A stretch of 64,000 nucleotides of DNA from Planctomycetota bacterium (GTDB lineage Bacteria > Planctomycetota > PLA2 > JAEUHO01). The stretch covers positions 64,001 through 128,000 of the forward strand of contig JBFWRP010000011.1 of NCBI GenBank assembly GCA_050248855.1. The letters run 5' to 3'. The position numbers and the translations under genes are program-made. Shown here one piece after another: positions 46,322-55,079 of the stretch (within the stretch, counting starts at the first letter, position 1; every line of letters starts with the position of its first letter). Under the pieces are notes generated by a model. That model was not told where the DNA came from. It made no database searches and saw only the letters and a program-made list of their open reading frames with translations.

Positions 46322-47797
46322 TCACCGGGGCTCTTGCTGCACGAGGCGGCCGGCGGCCGCCCTGAGCTGCGTCTTCAGCTGGTTGGAGACGGAGGCGTCC
46401 TCCTGCCAGGTGCGGACCCAGGCCAGGGCCTTGGAGCCACCGATCCCGGCAAGGGCGCGCACGATGGCAAAGCGCTGGGCCTCGTCGGCACGTGCGTAGA
46501 GGCCGGCGATGACATCGACCTTGGGCTCGGCCCTGCGGCCGATTCGCCCCAGCGCGTCGATGGCCGCGTTGGCCACGCGCGGCGAGCCACGCTCGGCGTG
46601 CTGCGCGATGGTGTCCAGCGACTCGACGGCACCGAGCTCGCCGAGCGTGCGCAGCGTCGTGACGCGCGTGTTCTCGGGATCCTCGGTGAGGCCGGCACGG
46701 TCCAGGAGGTCGCGAACCCGTTCACGCTCCTTGACGGTGGCCACCTCGCGCGGCAAGTGCGCCAGCGCATCCAGGGCCATCTGGCCCGTCACGCCGCCCG
46801 ACGTCGCGTGCGCGAGCAGCCGATCGACCGCATCCTCCCCGCCCGCTCGCGCCAGGGCCTTCAACACCTCGAGGCGCACGGCGTCGGGCTGTCCGTCGCG
46901 ATCGAGCTCGAGCAGCGACGGCACGAGCGCCAACGAGCCGTCACGCACCAGCGAGGCCAGGAGCCGCTTGGTGACCTCGGGCGAGCTCGCCGCGGCCAGG
47001 GCCTCCTTGGCCAGCTCGATCGACTCGGGCGTGTTGGCCACGGCGTAGCGGCGCAGGATGCTCGGCTGGAAGTCGCCTTCGTCGCCGAGGCGCTCGATGT
47101 AGCGGACGAGCGCCCGGGTGGCCTCCGTGCCGCCGCGCTGCGCCATCACCTGCAGCAGGTACACGTCGGAGCGCCAGTCCCCCGCCAGCCGGGGCTCGAG
47201 GGCGAGCACGATGGTGTCGGGATCGCCGCCGCGGAACGTCGCCAACGCCTGGATCGTGGCATAGCGCAGGTCGGGCGGCGTGGCGGCATCGTCGAGGAAC
47301 GCGAGGAAGCTGTCGACGGCGCCAGGATCACCCAGCATCTGCAGGGCCTCGCCGATGGCATGGCGCCGCGGCCCGGTCCGGAACCACTCGAAGAGACGCG
47401 CCTTCGCCGCGGGGTCCAACGGCTCGTTCCCCATGGCTGCCAGGACCTGCCTCACCTCGGCCCAGTCCGGCTCGCCCATGGCCAGGAGGAACGCGAGGTG
47501 CTGGCGCCGCTGGGCCGGGTCGGAGAGATCCAGTCCCGACGGCGTGCGCAGGCCCGAGGGCAGCCCGGGAGGCAGGTAGAGCGGGTTGCCGGACCCGCGC
47601 CCGCCTGGACCCGGGGCACGCCCCTCGAGCGTCCCCCCGAGGCTCTCTCCCGGGCCGTCGCCTTCCCCGCTCGTTCCCGCTACCGGCTCGAGCACGACGT
47701 CCCGGGGCGTGGTGCCCCCCCCGCCGAGGAACCGCGAGAGCAGGACGCCAGCCCCGAGGGCCAGGACGCAGAGGAGGAGGAAGGCGGGACGGGACAT
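46322..47797 (-). CDS. Membrane-anchored HEAT-repeat protein
   Basis: Start ATG 47797 (MSRPAFLLLCVLALGAG); repeats such as VRLEVLKALARAG and VANAAIDALGRIG. Confidence 0.75.
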   Translation of the reverse strand: MSRPAFLLLCVLALGAGVLLSRFLGGGGTTPRDVVLEPVAGTSGEGDGPGESLGGTLEGRAPGPGGRGSGNPLYLPPGLPSGLRTPSGLDLSDPAQRRQHLAFLLAMGEPDWAEVRQVLAAMGNEPLDPAAKARLFEWFRTGPRRHAIGEALQMLGDPGAVDSFLAFLDDAATPPDLRYATIQALATFRGGDPDTIVLALEPRLAGDWRSDVYLLQVMAQRGGTEATRALVRYIERLGDEGDFQPSILRRYAVANTPESIELAKEALAAASSPEVTKRLLASLVRDGSLALVPSLLELDRDGQPDAVRLEVLKALARAGGEDAVDRLLAHATSGGVTGQMALDALAHLPREVATVKERERVRDLLDRAGLTEDPENTRVTTLRTLGELGAVESLDTIAQHAERGSPRVANAAIDALGRIGRRAEPKVDVIAGLYARADEAQRFAIVRALAGIGGSKALAWVRTWQEDASVSNQLKTQLRAAAGRLVQQEPR

Positions 47798-47877
47798 CGG
47801 CGGATCCGGGCGGGGCGGGGGGCGCCTTGGACGACGGCCACGCCGTCGCCCCTGCCCCCCCGGGGCCAGCACCCCTT

Positions 47878-48636
47878 CTATCGACCGGATGAGCCCGCCG
47901 CCACGCGGGCCCCTCGCGCCTCGGCCGCCGCGGCCACGAGGCCGCCGAACAGGCCCCGGGTGAGCGGGTCCGCCAGCGTGCGCTCGGGGTGCCACTGGAC
48001 GCCGATGCAGAAGGGCAGCCCCGGGTGCTCCACGGCCTCGATCACGCCGTCGGGCGAGCGCCCGCTCACCACGAAGCCCTCGGCCACCCGCGCGAGCGCC
48101 TGGTGATGGTACGAGTTGACCCGCACGCGGCGCGCGCCGCACAGCTTGCCGAGCCACGTGTTGGCCGAGACGTCCACGCTGTGGGCCAAGGCGTCTTGCT
48201 GGAGCGAGTCCTGGTCGTGGCGCAGCGCCCGGTCGACCTGCGCGGGGATGTCCTGGATCAGGCTGCCGCCCATGGCCACGTTGAGCACCTGCACGCCCCG
48301 GCAGATCGCCAGCAGGGGCATCTGGCGCGCCACCACGGCCCGCGCGAGGACGAGCTCGAACGCATCGCGTCCCACGTCGACCTGGCCCAGCTTGGGATGC
48401 GGTTCCTCGTCGTAGTGCACGGGGTCCACGTCCAAGCCGCCCGAGAGCACGACGCCATCGACGTGGTCCAGGTACGACTCGACGGTGTCGGGCTCGACGT
48501 TGGGAAACATCAAGGGGAGGCCGCCCGCCGCGAGGATCGCGTCCACGTAGCCGTGCACGATGGCGAAGCGCGGTACGCCCCGCATGCCGGGCAGGACCAA
48601 CGTGGAGCAGCTGACACCGATCACGGGTCGGGACAC
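47878..48636 (-). CDS. Gamma-glutamyl-gamma-aminobutyrate hydrolase family (peptidase C26, class I glutamine amidotransferase)
   Basis: GTG 48636 after GGAGG; DGVVLSGGLDVDP, LAICRGVQ, VNSYHHQA, GVQWHPE. Confidence 0.92.
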   Translation of the reverse strand: MSRPVIGVSCSTLVLPGMRGVPRFAIVHGYVDAILAAGGLPLMFPNVEPDTVESYLDHVDGVVLSGGLDVDPVHYDEEPHPKLGQVDVGRDAFELVLARAVVARQMPLLAICRGVQVLNVAMGGSLIQDIPAQVDRALRHDQDSLQQDALAHSVDVSANTWLGKLCGARRVRVNSYHHQALARVAEGFVVSGRSPDGVIEAVEHPGLPFCIGVQWHPERTLADPLTRGLFGGLVAAAAEARGARVAAGSSGR

Positions 48637-48797
48637 GTCGCGGTACCTCCAGGGCCCGAGGCCCGCAGGAGCGGCCTCCGGCAGACCATCGGGTGCATCG
48701 TACGCCTGCCCACGCCGTGGCCCGAGAAAGCGGGCCGCGGCGAGCGTGCGGACCCCGATCCGCGAGACTCGATCCCAGCCGGTTCCTGCGATCATGC

Positions 48798-49835
48798 GTG
48801 GCCGTGACCATCGTCGCCGCCCGCTGCCCGACGCGCATCGACCTCGCCGGAGGCACGCTCGACATCTGGCCGATCCACCTCTTGCTGGAGGAGCCGGCGG
48901 TCACCGTCAACGTCGCGCTCGACTTGCCGGTCGAGGTCGAGGTGGAGCTCCGTCCGGGGACGTCGCGCGTCGTGCTCGCCAGCGGCGACCAGGGCGTACG
49001 CGCGGAGTACGCCGATCGTGCGGCCTTGCGCGCCGAGCTCGCCGGGAGCAACGCCCGCCTTCCGCTGCTCGGCATGGCGCTGGAGGCCAGCCAGGTCGAG
49101 GGCGGCGCGCGCATCGAGGTGCGGGCGACCAGTCCGAAGGGTGCCGGGCTCGGCGGGTCGTCGGCGCTCATGGTCGCGCTGCTGGGCGCCTTGGCCCACG
49201 CGGCGGGTCAAGACCATCGCGCGCGCGGCCTGCTCCAGCTGGCCCAGGACGTGGAGACGCGACTGCTGCGCACGCCCACCGGCTACCAGGACTACGCGCC
49301 GCCGTTCTACGGCGGGTGCCTCGCGCTGGAGGGTCGCCCGGGCGGTGTCGTCGTGGAGCACGTGCACGACGTCGACCTGGAGGTGCTCGGAAGCCGCCTG
49401 CGGCTGGTCTACACCGGCGAGCCCCACCACTCCGGCATCACGAACTGGGGCGTCGTGCGCGCCTTCCTGGAGGGGCGCGAGCACGCCGTCCGCTCGCTCC
49501 AGGCGATCGCGGCCAACTCGCGGGTCCTGCGCGAGGCCCTGCGCCGCCGGGACCTGGACGCCGCGCTCGTGGCGGCCGTCGAGGATGGCCAGCTGCGCAA
49601 GAAGATGGCGCCGCGCATTTCGACACCGACGCTGCGCGCGATCGACATGGCCGCCCGGCGCGCCGGCGCCCTGGGCTCGAAGATCCTGGGCGCGGGAGGC
49701 GGCGGCTGCCTGCTGGTCGTGCTGGGGCCCTCCACGGACCCGGCCCGGGTCGATGCGGCCCTGGCCTCGGGGCCAGGGCGGGTCCTGCCGCTCGCGCTGA
49801 CCTCCGAGGGCCTCACGCTGGAGCGCCGGGCGTAG
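48798..49835 (+). CDS. GHMP sugar kinase (HddA-like heptose-7-phosphate kinase family)
   Basis: PTRIDLAGGTLD, PKGAGLGGSS, TGYQDY, SKILGAGGGG. Confidence 0.85.
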   Translation: MAVTIVAARCPTRIDLAGGTLDIWPIHLLLEEPAVTVNVALDLPVEVEVELRPGTSRVVLASGDQGVRAEYADRAALRAELAGSNARLPLLGMALEASQVEGGARIEVRATSPKGAGLGGSSALMVALLGALAHAAGQDHRARGLLQLAQDVETRLLRTPTGYQDYAPPFYGGCLALEGRPGGVVVEHVHDVDLEVLGSRLRLVYTGEPHHSGITNWGVVRAFLEGREHAVRSLQAIAANSRVLREALRRRDLDAALVAAVEDGQLRKKMAPRISTPTLRAIDMAARRAGALGSKILGAGGGGCLLVVLGPSTDPARVDAALASGPGRVLPLALTSEGLTLERRA

Positions 49836-49887
49836 CGGGGCGCGGCGGACGTTCGCGGACCTCGGCTCGCGGCGTATCTTCGCGGCC

Positions 49888-50127
49888 ATGCCCAAGCCGC
49901 TGACGCCCCTCGAATCGGCGACCCTGGCCACCATCGCCGCCACGCAGTCGGAGTCCGACGGCTGGCTGGACCTGACGCGCGTCTGCAGCCGCACCGGCCG
50001 CCACCTCGTGGACGTACGGCAGGCGGTTGCGCGCCTCGTGCGCTACGGGCTCGTCGCCATCGACGAGGAGGCCCCGCGCACCGAGCGCTGGGTGCGCTTC
50101 CACCTGCCCGAGAGCACCCCCGGGTAG
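49888..50127 (+). CDS. Small hypothetical protein, possibly winged-helix
   Basis: 79 aa; LTRVCSRTG..LVDVRQAVARLVRYGLV resembles a wHTH recognition helix and wing. Confidence 0.5.
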   Translation: MPKPLTPLESATLATIAATQSESDGWLDLTRVCSRTGRHLVDVRQAVARLVRYGLVAIDEEAPRTERWVRFHLPESTPG

Positions 50128-50143
50128 GGGCCCCGCCGCCCGT

Positions 50144-52516
50144 TCAGGGCACGAGCTGGAGGCGACGCGCAGGCCGCTTGGGCGCGCCGAGTCGCATGGG
50201 GAGCCAGCGACCTTCCCGCCAGGGGACGACGAGGTCGTCGTAGTGCTCGGACGCGGGATGCCCGCTCTGCCCGGGCATGGTGATCATGCGCCCGCCGCTC
50301 TCGGCCATGTCCACGACGTGACGGTAGGACGGGCCCACGCGCTGCGGGCCGGGCCGTGCATGGTCGTACTGGCCCGCGCACGGTGTGAACGGCCCGCCCG
50401 CCGACGGCCAGGGCCCACGGTCGAAGAATGCCGCGCGCGGTGCCTCGCGCCCCAGCGGATGCACGAGCGTGAGCGTATGCCATGCGCCCCACGTCACGTC
50501 CGGCCCCCAGCCGCGCGCATGCAGATCGCGGTCCACCTCGTCGAGAGCCCGCGCGAGTAGGCCCGCCCGGGCCTCGGGAGGCGCCCACACGCCGTGCGGG
50601 TCTTCCAGCGCCCGGTGGAGCGCGTCGTCGACCAGGTTGAGCTGCGACATCCACGCGGCGAGCAGCTCGTGGCCGAGACGTGCGCCGAAGATCTGGCGCA
50701 CGAGGTGGTGGGCCAGGAGGTGCGCCACGACGGCGCCGCGGGCCTCGGGTCGCTCCTCGCCGTTCCACGTGAGAAGTCGGTCGATCAGCGGCGCCAGGTG
50801 CGGCCGCTGCCGGCGCGCCTCCTCGACATGCGGCACGAGCAGGCTGGCGCGCCAGCGCAGGAAGGAGCGGTTCACGACGTCCAGCTGGGCCGCCGCGACG
50901 TCGTCCGCCGTGACCTGCGTCAGGGGCTCCAAGCGCTCGCGCAGGCGTCGCGCCCGGTGATCGGGCTCGTAGAGGTGCGAGAGGTGGTAGGGGTACGGGG
51001 GACCCACGATGGGGTCGTTGGCCGTCACGAACACGGTATCGGGCGGGATGCGGGCGGACGGCACCTGCTCGCGGGGGACGAACCCCAGCCAGTCCGTGGC
51101 GCAGGTGGTCCCGTCCAGCGGCAGCCCGGGGACATGACCGTCCGCACGCCGCGGCACGCGCCCGACCATCCGGTAGGCCGCCTCGCCAGCCGCGTCCGCG
51201 ACCACGAGGTTCTGCGCGGGCGATCCGAAGCCGTCGAACGCCGTCAGCGCCTCGTCGACAGCGCGCGCATGGAGCAGGCCCACGAACGCGTCGAGCTCGG
51301 CTGCCGGCTCGTGCAGCACGAGGCGCAACGAGCACGGCGTCCCGTCGTACTGCGGAAACGCATCGGTCAACAGGGGGCCGCGGTGCGTGCGCCGCACGCG
51401 GACGACGCGCGGGCTCGCTCCCCGGCGCCCGATGACGAGCGAGGAGATGTCCAGCGGCTTCCAGGCGCCGTCCACGCGGTAGCGCTCGCCGGCGGTGTCC
51501 AACTGCTCGCGCCAGAGGTCGCCGTCATCCAGCATGGCGTTCGTGAGGCCCCACGCCACGTGGCGTGAGCGACCGATGACGACGCCGGGCAGGCCGACGA
51601 GGGACGCGCCGACGGCCCCCACCTCGGGCGTGGTCAGCGAGGCCAGATGCCACACGCCGGGCACGGAGAGCTCCAGATGCGGGTCGCTGCCCAGCAGGGG
51701 CCGTCCGCTGGCGCTGCGCGCGGCCCCGACCACCACGGCGTTGCTGCCGACCGCGGCGGTCGGGCGCGGGACGAAGCCCTCGAGCACGCCCTGGAGGTCC
51801 ACGAGCGTGCCCAGGAGCGTTTCCGTCTCGCCGCCGGGGTCGCGCGCCAGCAGCTGTCGCCAATGCTCGGGCGCGTCCTCGAGCCGCTTCGCGATCGCCG
51901 CGAAGACGGGCGTGCTCCGCCACGCGAAGCCGAGCCCCAACGCCATGCCCTTGGCGACGAGCAGGCTGTCCACGGGCGTCCAACGACCGGGCCGCCGTCG
52001 CAGCAGGCGGTGCTCGACACTGCGGCCGCGCGGAGCGCCGGGCGCCCACGCGGCGTTCACGCCCTCGGCGAACGACTCGAGGAGCGTGCGCGTCGTCGGC
52101 GCGTGCACGGCAAGCGACGCGGCCGCCGCCGCTTCGAGACCGAGGACGCGGAACAGGAGATCCACGTCGGACAGGCGCCGCGTGCCTCCCCACACCGCGA
52201 GGGGCCCGGCGTCCGACGGGCGGTCGCCGAACCAGGAGGCCAGGCGACCTCCGAGCGCCGTACGCAGCAGGTCCATCTGGAAGGGGCGGTCCAGGCCCTG
52301 GACGAAGCCCTGGGCCCGGACGAGATCGGCTTCGCAGCTGGCCTCGATGTGCGGGACGGCGTGGGCGTCGAACGATACCGTCACCGAGCCGCCGAGCCCA
52401 GGCAGGCGGCTGGTGCCGCGCAGGGGGCGCGCCGCGCGACGACCGGCCGCCCGGAGCGCGGTCACGACGAGCCGGTCACGCGCCGCGCGCCAGGAGCGGC
52501 GCCACGCGCCGCTCAC
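50144..52516 (-). CDS. Penicillin acylase family (Ntn hydrolase, peptidase S45)
   Basis: GTG 52516 overlapping PMM stop; AQGFVQGLDRPFQMD, GSNAVVV nucleophile, GSDPHL, AWGLTN, TANDP, PGQSGHP. Confidence 0.9.
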   Translation of the reverse strand: MSGAWRRSWRAARDRLVVTALRAAGRRAARPLRGTSRLPGLGGSVTVSFDAHAVPHIEASCEADLVRAQGFVQGLDRPFQMDLLRTALGGRLASWFGDRPSDAGPLAVWGGTRRLSDVDLLFRVLGLEAAAAASLAVHAPTTRTLLESFAEGVNAAWAPGAPRGRSVEHRLLRRRPGRWTPVDSLLVAKGMALGLGFAWRSTPVFAAIAKRLEDAPEHWRQLLARDPGGETETLLGTLVDLQGVLEGFVPRPTAAVGSNAVVVGAARSASGRPLLGSDPHLELSVPGVWHLASLTTPEVGAVGASLVGLPGVVIGRSRHVAWGLTNAMLDDGDLWREQLDTAGERYRVDGAWKPLDISSLVIGRRGASPRVVRVRRTHRGPLLTDAFPQYDGTPCSLRLVLHEPAAELDAFVGLLHARAVDEALTAFDGFGSPAQNLVVADAAGEAAYRMVGRVPRRADGHVPGLPLDGTTCATDWLGFVPREQVPSARIPPDTVFVTANDPIVGPPYPYHLSHLYEPDHRARRLRERLEPLTQVTADDVAAAQLDVVNRSFLRWRASLLVPHVEEARRQRPHLAPLIDRLLTWNGEERPEARGAVVAHLLAHHLVRQIFGARLGHELLAAWMSQLNLVDDALHRALEDPHGVWAPPEARAGLLARALDEVDRDLHARGWGPDVTWGAWHTLTLVHPLGREAPRAAFFDRGPWPSAGGPFTPCAGQYDHARPGPQRVGPSYRHVVDMAESGGRMITMPGQSGHPASEHYDDLVVPWREGRWLPMRLGAPKRPARRLQLVP

Positions 52517-53946
52517 TCGTTGTGCCACGTCCGACCGATCTCGGACCACGACGCGAGGCGCTCGCGGAAGTCCTCCTTGATGCGGCGCATCGCCGCGTCG
52601 GTGCGCCCCTCGAAGACGAGAACGAGCTCGGGCAAGTTGCTGGAGGGGCGCACCAGGCCGAAGCCGTCGTCGAACGTGACGCGGGCGCCGTTCGTCGTGT
52701 CCACGCGGTCGCCCCACACCGCCTGGAACGCGGCGACGACCTCCTCCATGACCCGGTACTTCACGGCGTCCGCACAGTCGACGTGGATCTCCGGGCTGGT
52801 CACGTAGTGCGGAGCGTCGGCCAGGATGTCCGCCAGCGGACGCCCTTCACCCGCCACGTACTCGGCCAGCTTGAGTCCCGCGAAGAGACCGTCGTCGTAG
52901 CCGTGGAAGCCGTCGCGCAAGAACAGGTGACCGCTGCGCTCACCCGCGATCGGCGCGTCGAGCTCGCGCATCTTGGCCTTGATCCAGCTGTGCCCGGTCT
53001 TCCACATGACCGGCTTGCCGCCGTGGGCACGGATGTCGTCGAACAGGGCCTGCGTGCACTTCACGTCGAAGACGATGGGTGCGCCCGGATGGCGCGCCAA
53101 CACGGGCCGCGCCAACAGCATCAGCACGCGATCCGCGTTGACGAACGCGCCGGTGTGGTCCTGCACGCCGAGGCGGTCGCCGTCGCCGTCGAACGACAGG
53201 CCCAGGTCCGCGCCCGACGCCTTCACCGCCTCCGCAACGGCCTGGCGCGCGGCCACCTCGCTGGGATTGGGGAAGTGGTTGGGGAAGGCCGGGTCGGGAT
53301 CGCAGAACAGGGGGACCACGTCGAAGCCTGCGCGCTCGAAGACCTCGACGCAGAAGGCGGCCGCGGTCCCGTTGCCGGGGTCCAACACGATCTTGAGGCG
53401 GCGCGCGGGTGCCACGCGCTTGACGAGGTCCGCCACGTAGGCCTCGTGCAGATCGACGTGCTGGAGCGTGCCCTGGCCCGTGGCGAAGACCCCGCTGTCG
53501 GCGATGGCCTGCAGCCGCTCGATGTCCGGACGCAGCATGGTCTGGACGTAGTCGAGGGACATCTTGAGCCCGCTCCACCCTTGCGGGTTGTGGCTCGCCG
53601 TGATCATGACGCCCGCCGGACAGTCCAAGTGGAGCGTGGCGAAGTACAGCGTCGGCGAGAGCCCGAGGCCGATGTCGGTGACGTCGACGCCCGTGGTGAC
53701 GAGCCCCTCGAGGAAGCACGCGGCCAGACGCGGGCTGTACGTGCGCAGGTCGTGGCCCACGACCGCGCGCTGCCGGCCGCGTTCCTTCATGAGCGTGCCG
53801 AAGGCGCGGCCCAGCGTGCGCATCCCGTCGTCGGACAGCTCGTTGGCCGCATCCGGGAACACCTCGGGCACGCGTCCACGAAGGTCGTACTCACGGAACA
53901 TCGTCGGCGCGAGACGGGCCGGGGCGGGCGAGGTCGACTCGGGCAT
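52513..53946 (-). CDS. Phosphomannomutase/phosphoglucomutase
   Basis: Start ATG 53946; FREYDLRG, MITASHNP, FDGDGDR, GERSGH. Confidence 0.95.
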   Translation of the reverse strand: MPESTSPAPARLAPTMFREYDLRGRVPEVFPDAANELSDDGMRTLGRAFGTLMKERGRQRAVVGHDLRTYSPRLAACFLEGLVTTGVDVTDIGLGLSPTLYFATLHLDCPAGVMITASHNPQGWSGLKMSLDYVQTMLRPDIERLQAIADSGVFATGQGTLQHVDLHEAYVADLVKRVAPARRLKIVLDPGNGTAAAFCVEVFERAGFDVVPLFCDPDPAFPNHFPNPSEVAARQAVAEAVKASGADLGLSFDGDGDRLGVQDHTGAFVNADRVLMLLARPVLARHPGAPIVFDVKCTQALFDDIRAHGGKPVMWKTGHSWIKAKMRELDAPIAGERSGHLFLRDGFHGYDDGLFAGLKLAEYVAGEGRPLADILADAPHYVTSPEIHVDCADAVKYRVMEEVVAAFQAVWGDRVDTTNGARVTFDDGFGLVRPSSNLPELVLVFEGRTDAAMRRIKEDFRERLASWSEIGRTWHNE

Positions 53947-53981
53947 GGGTGTCTCCGGTGCCAGGGACGTTGCGGCTCGCG

Positions 53982-54998
53982 TCAGGCGTCGCCGGACGGC
54001 GCGCCAAGCCCCGCTTGCACGAGGGTGTGGACGTGCAGCAGCCCGACGGCGCGACCATCGGCGTCCGCGACCGGGAGCAGGTAGATGGGCCGTGGGCGGT
54101 GGCCCTCCATCGTGCGCAAGGCGTCGAGGGCAAAGGTGTCGGGGCCGACCGTGACGGGGCGGCGCGTCATCAAGCCCGCCACGGGCGTGGCCAGCAACCC
54201 CCCCACGGCGCCCTCGGCCACCTGGATCGTGCGGCGCACGTCGCCGTCCGTGACGAGGCCCACGAGACGACCGCCCGCGTCGACCACGTTCACGCCGCCA
54301 AGCGTGCTGCGCGTGATCACCTCGAGCGTCGCGCCGAACGTGGCGTCCTCGCGCACGCAGGGATTGGTCGCGTCGCCGCGCAGCAGATCGCGGACGCGCA
54401 GGGTCAGCTTGGTGCCGATGGCGCCACTCGGATGGAAGAGCCGGTAGTCGCTCGCGCCGAAGCCGCGTTTCTCCATGAGCGCGACCGTCAGCGCGTCGCC
54501 CAACGCCAACGTGACCGCCGCGCTGGCCGTGGGCACGAGGCGCGTCGAGTCGGCCTCCTCCAGCTCCCCCCAGCAGAGCGCGATGTCCGCCGAGCGCGCC
54601 AGCGGCGAGCTCGCGGGGCCGGTGAGGGCCACCAGGCGCGCACCCAGCGAGCGGATCGTCGGGATGAGCTCCATGACCTCGCGTGTCGAGCCGGAGTTGC
54701 TGATGGCGATCACGATGTCGCGCGCGGTCACGATGCCGACGTCGCCGTGGAACCCCTCCGCCGGATGCAGGAACGTGGCCGGCGTACCGGTCGAGACGAG
54801 GGTGCTTGCGATCTTGCGGCCGATCTGGCCCGACTTGCCCATCCCGCATACGACCACGCGGCCCGTGCACGCGAGCAGCGCCTCGACGGCCCGGTCGAAC
54901 GCCGGCGCGACCTCGTGCCAGCGCGCCAGCAGGTGCTCGAGCGCATCGCGTTCGTGACGCACGACGCCTTGGCCGATCTCGTGCGCGGGGCGGGTCAT
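53982..54998 (-). CDS. kdsD: Arabinose-5-phosphate isomerase (KpsF/GutQ/KdsD family, SIS + CBS)
   Basis: Start ATG 54998; GMGKSG, STGTPA, HPAEGFHGD, SNSGST, HPSGAIG, GLVTDGDVRR. Confidence 0.9.
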   Translation of the reverse strand: MTRPAHEIGQGVVRHERDALEHLLARWHEVAPAFDRAVEALLACTGRVVVCGMGKSGQIGRKIASTLVSTGTPATFLHPAEGFHGDVGIVTARDIVIAISNSGSTREVMELIPTIRSLGARLVALTGPASSPLARSADIALCWGELEEADSTRLVPTASAAVTLALGDALTVALMEKRGFGASDYRLFHPSGAIGTKLTLRVRDLLRGDATNPCVREDATFGATLEVITRSTLGGVNVVDAGGRLVGLVTDGDVRRTIQVAEGAVGGLLATPVAGLMTRRPVTVGPDTFALDALRTMEGHRPRPIYLLPVADADGRAVGLLHVHTLVQAGLGAPSGDA

Positions 54999-55079
54999 GC
55001 GTGCGGAGCATACCCGTGCCGTGCCGCGGGCCCCGTCCGCTTCCCGTGACCGTGGGCTCGCGGCACGCGTGGCCTCGGG

